This document shows positions 34,407 to 34,416 of a stretch of DNA of 34,416 bases, one piece after another; position 1 is the first letter of the stretch; each line of letters starts with the position of its first letter. The position numbers and the translations under genes were made by a program. The DNA comes from Reclinomonas americana ATCC 50394 (taxonomy: Eukaryota). The stretch covers positions 41,594-76,009 of the forward strand of contig PS015092.1 in NCBI GenBank assembly GCA_048213135.1. The letters are read 5' to 3'. A model generated the notes under the pieces. The model worked only from the letters and a program-made list of their open reading frames with translations. It was not told where the DNA came from and searched no databases.

Positions 34407-34416
34407 ACTGACTTGC

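Overview
Gene-dense, intron-rich eukaryotic DNA, probably a protist (not identifiable from this window), using the standard genetic code. Exons are GC-rich, introns carry microsatellites and minisatellites, and there are many N gaps. Manual splicing gives about 11 genes: the 5' exon of an exomer ChAPs/Bch1-Bud7-like gene (-); a low-complexity hypothetical gene (+); DNAJC2/zuotin with SANT domains (-); a class B Hsp40 whose halves sit on opposite strands, most likely because one contig is flipped; a coding-like gene with in-frame TAG and TGA-CTA stops (+); a membrane protein (-); a large NAK kinase-ANTH-ArfGAP fusion gene (+); a tandem cluster of apparently intronless 7-blade WD40 genes with hypervariable repeat positions and a shared C-terminal box (-); a secreted PIG-L/LmbE deacetylase (-); and a calmodulin-like gene (+). 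The main signals are a frequent 1-nt-shifted 5' splice-site class (GTTNNGT, used where the exon does not end in G), the three-domain trafficking kinase, the variable WD40 family and the stop-interrupted gene.
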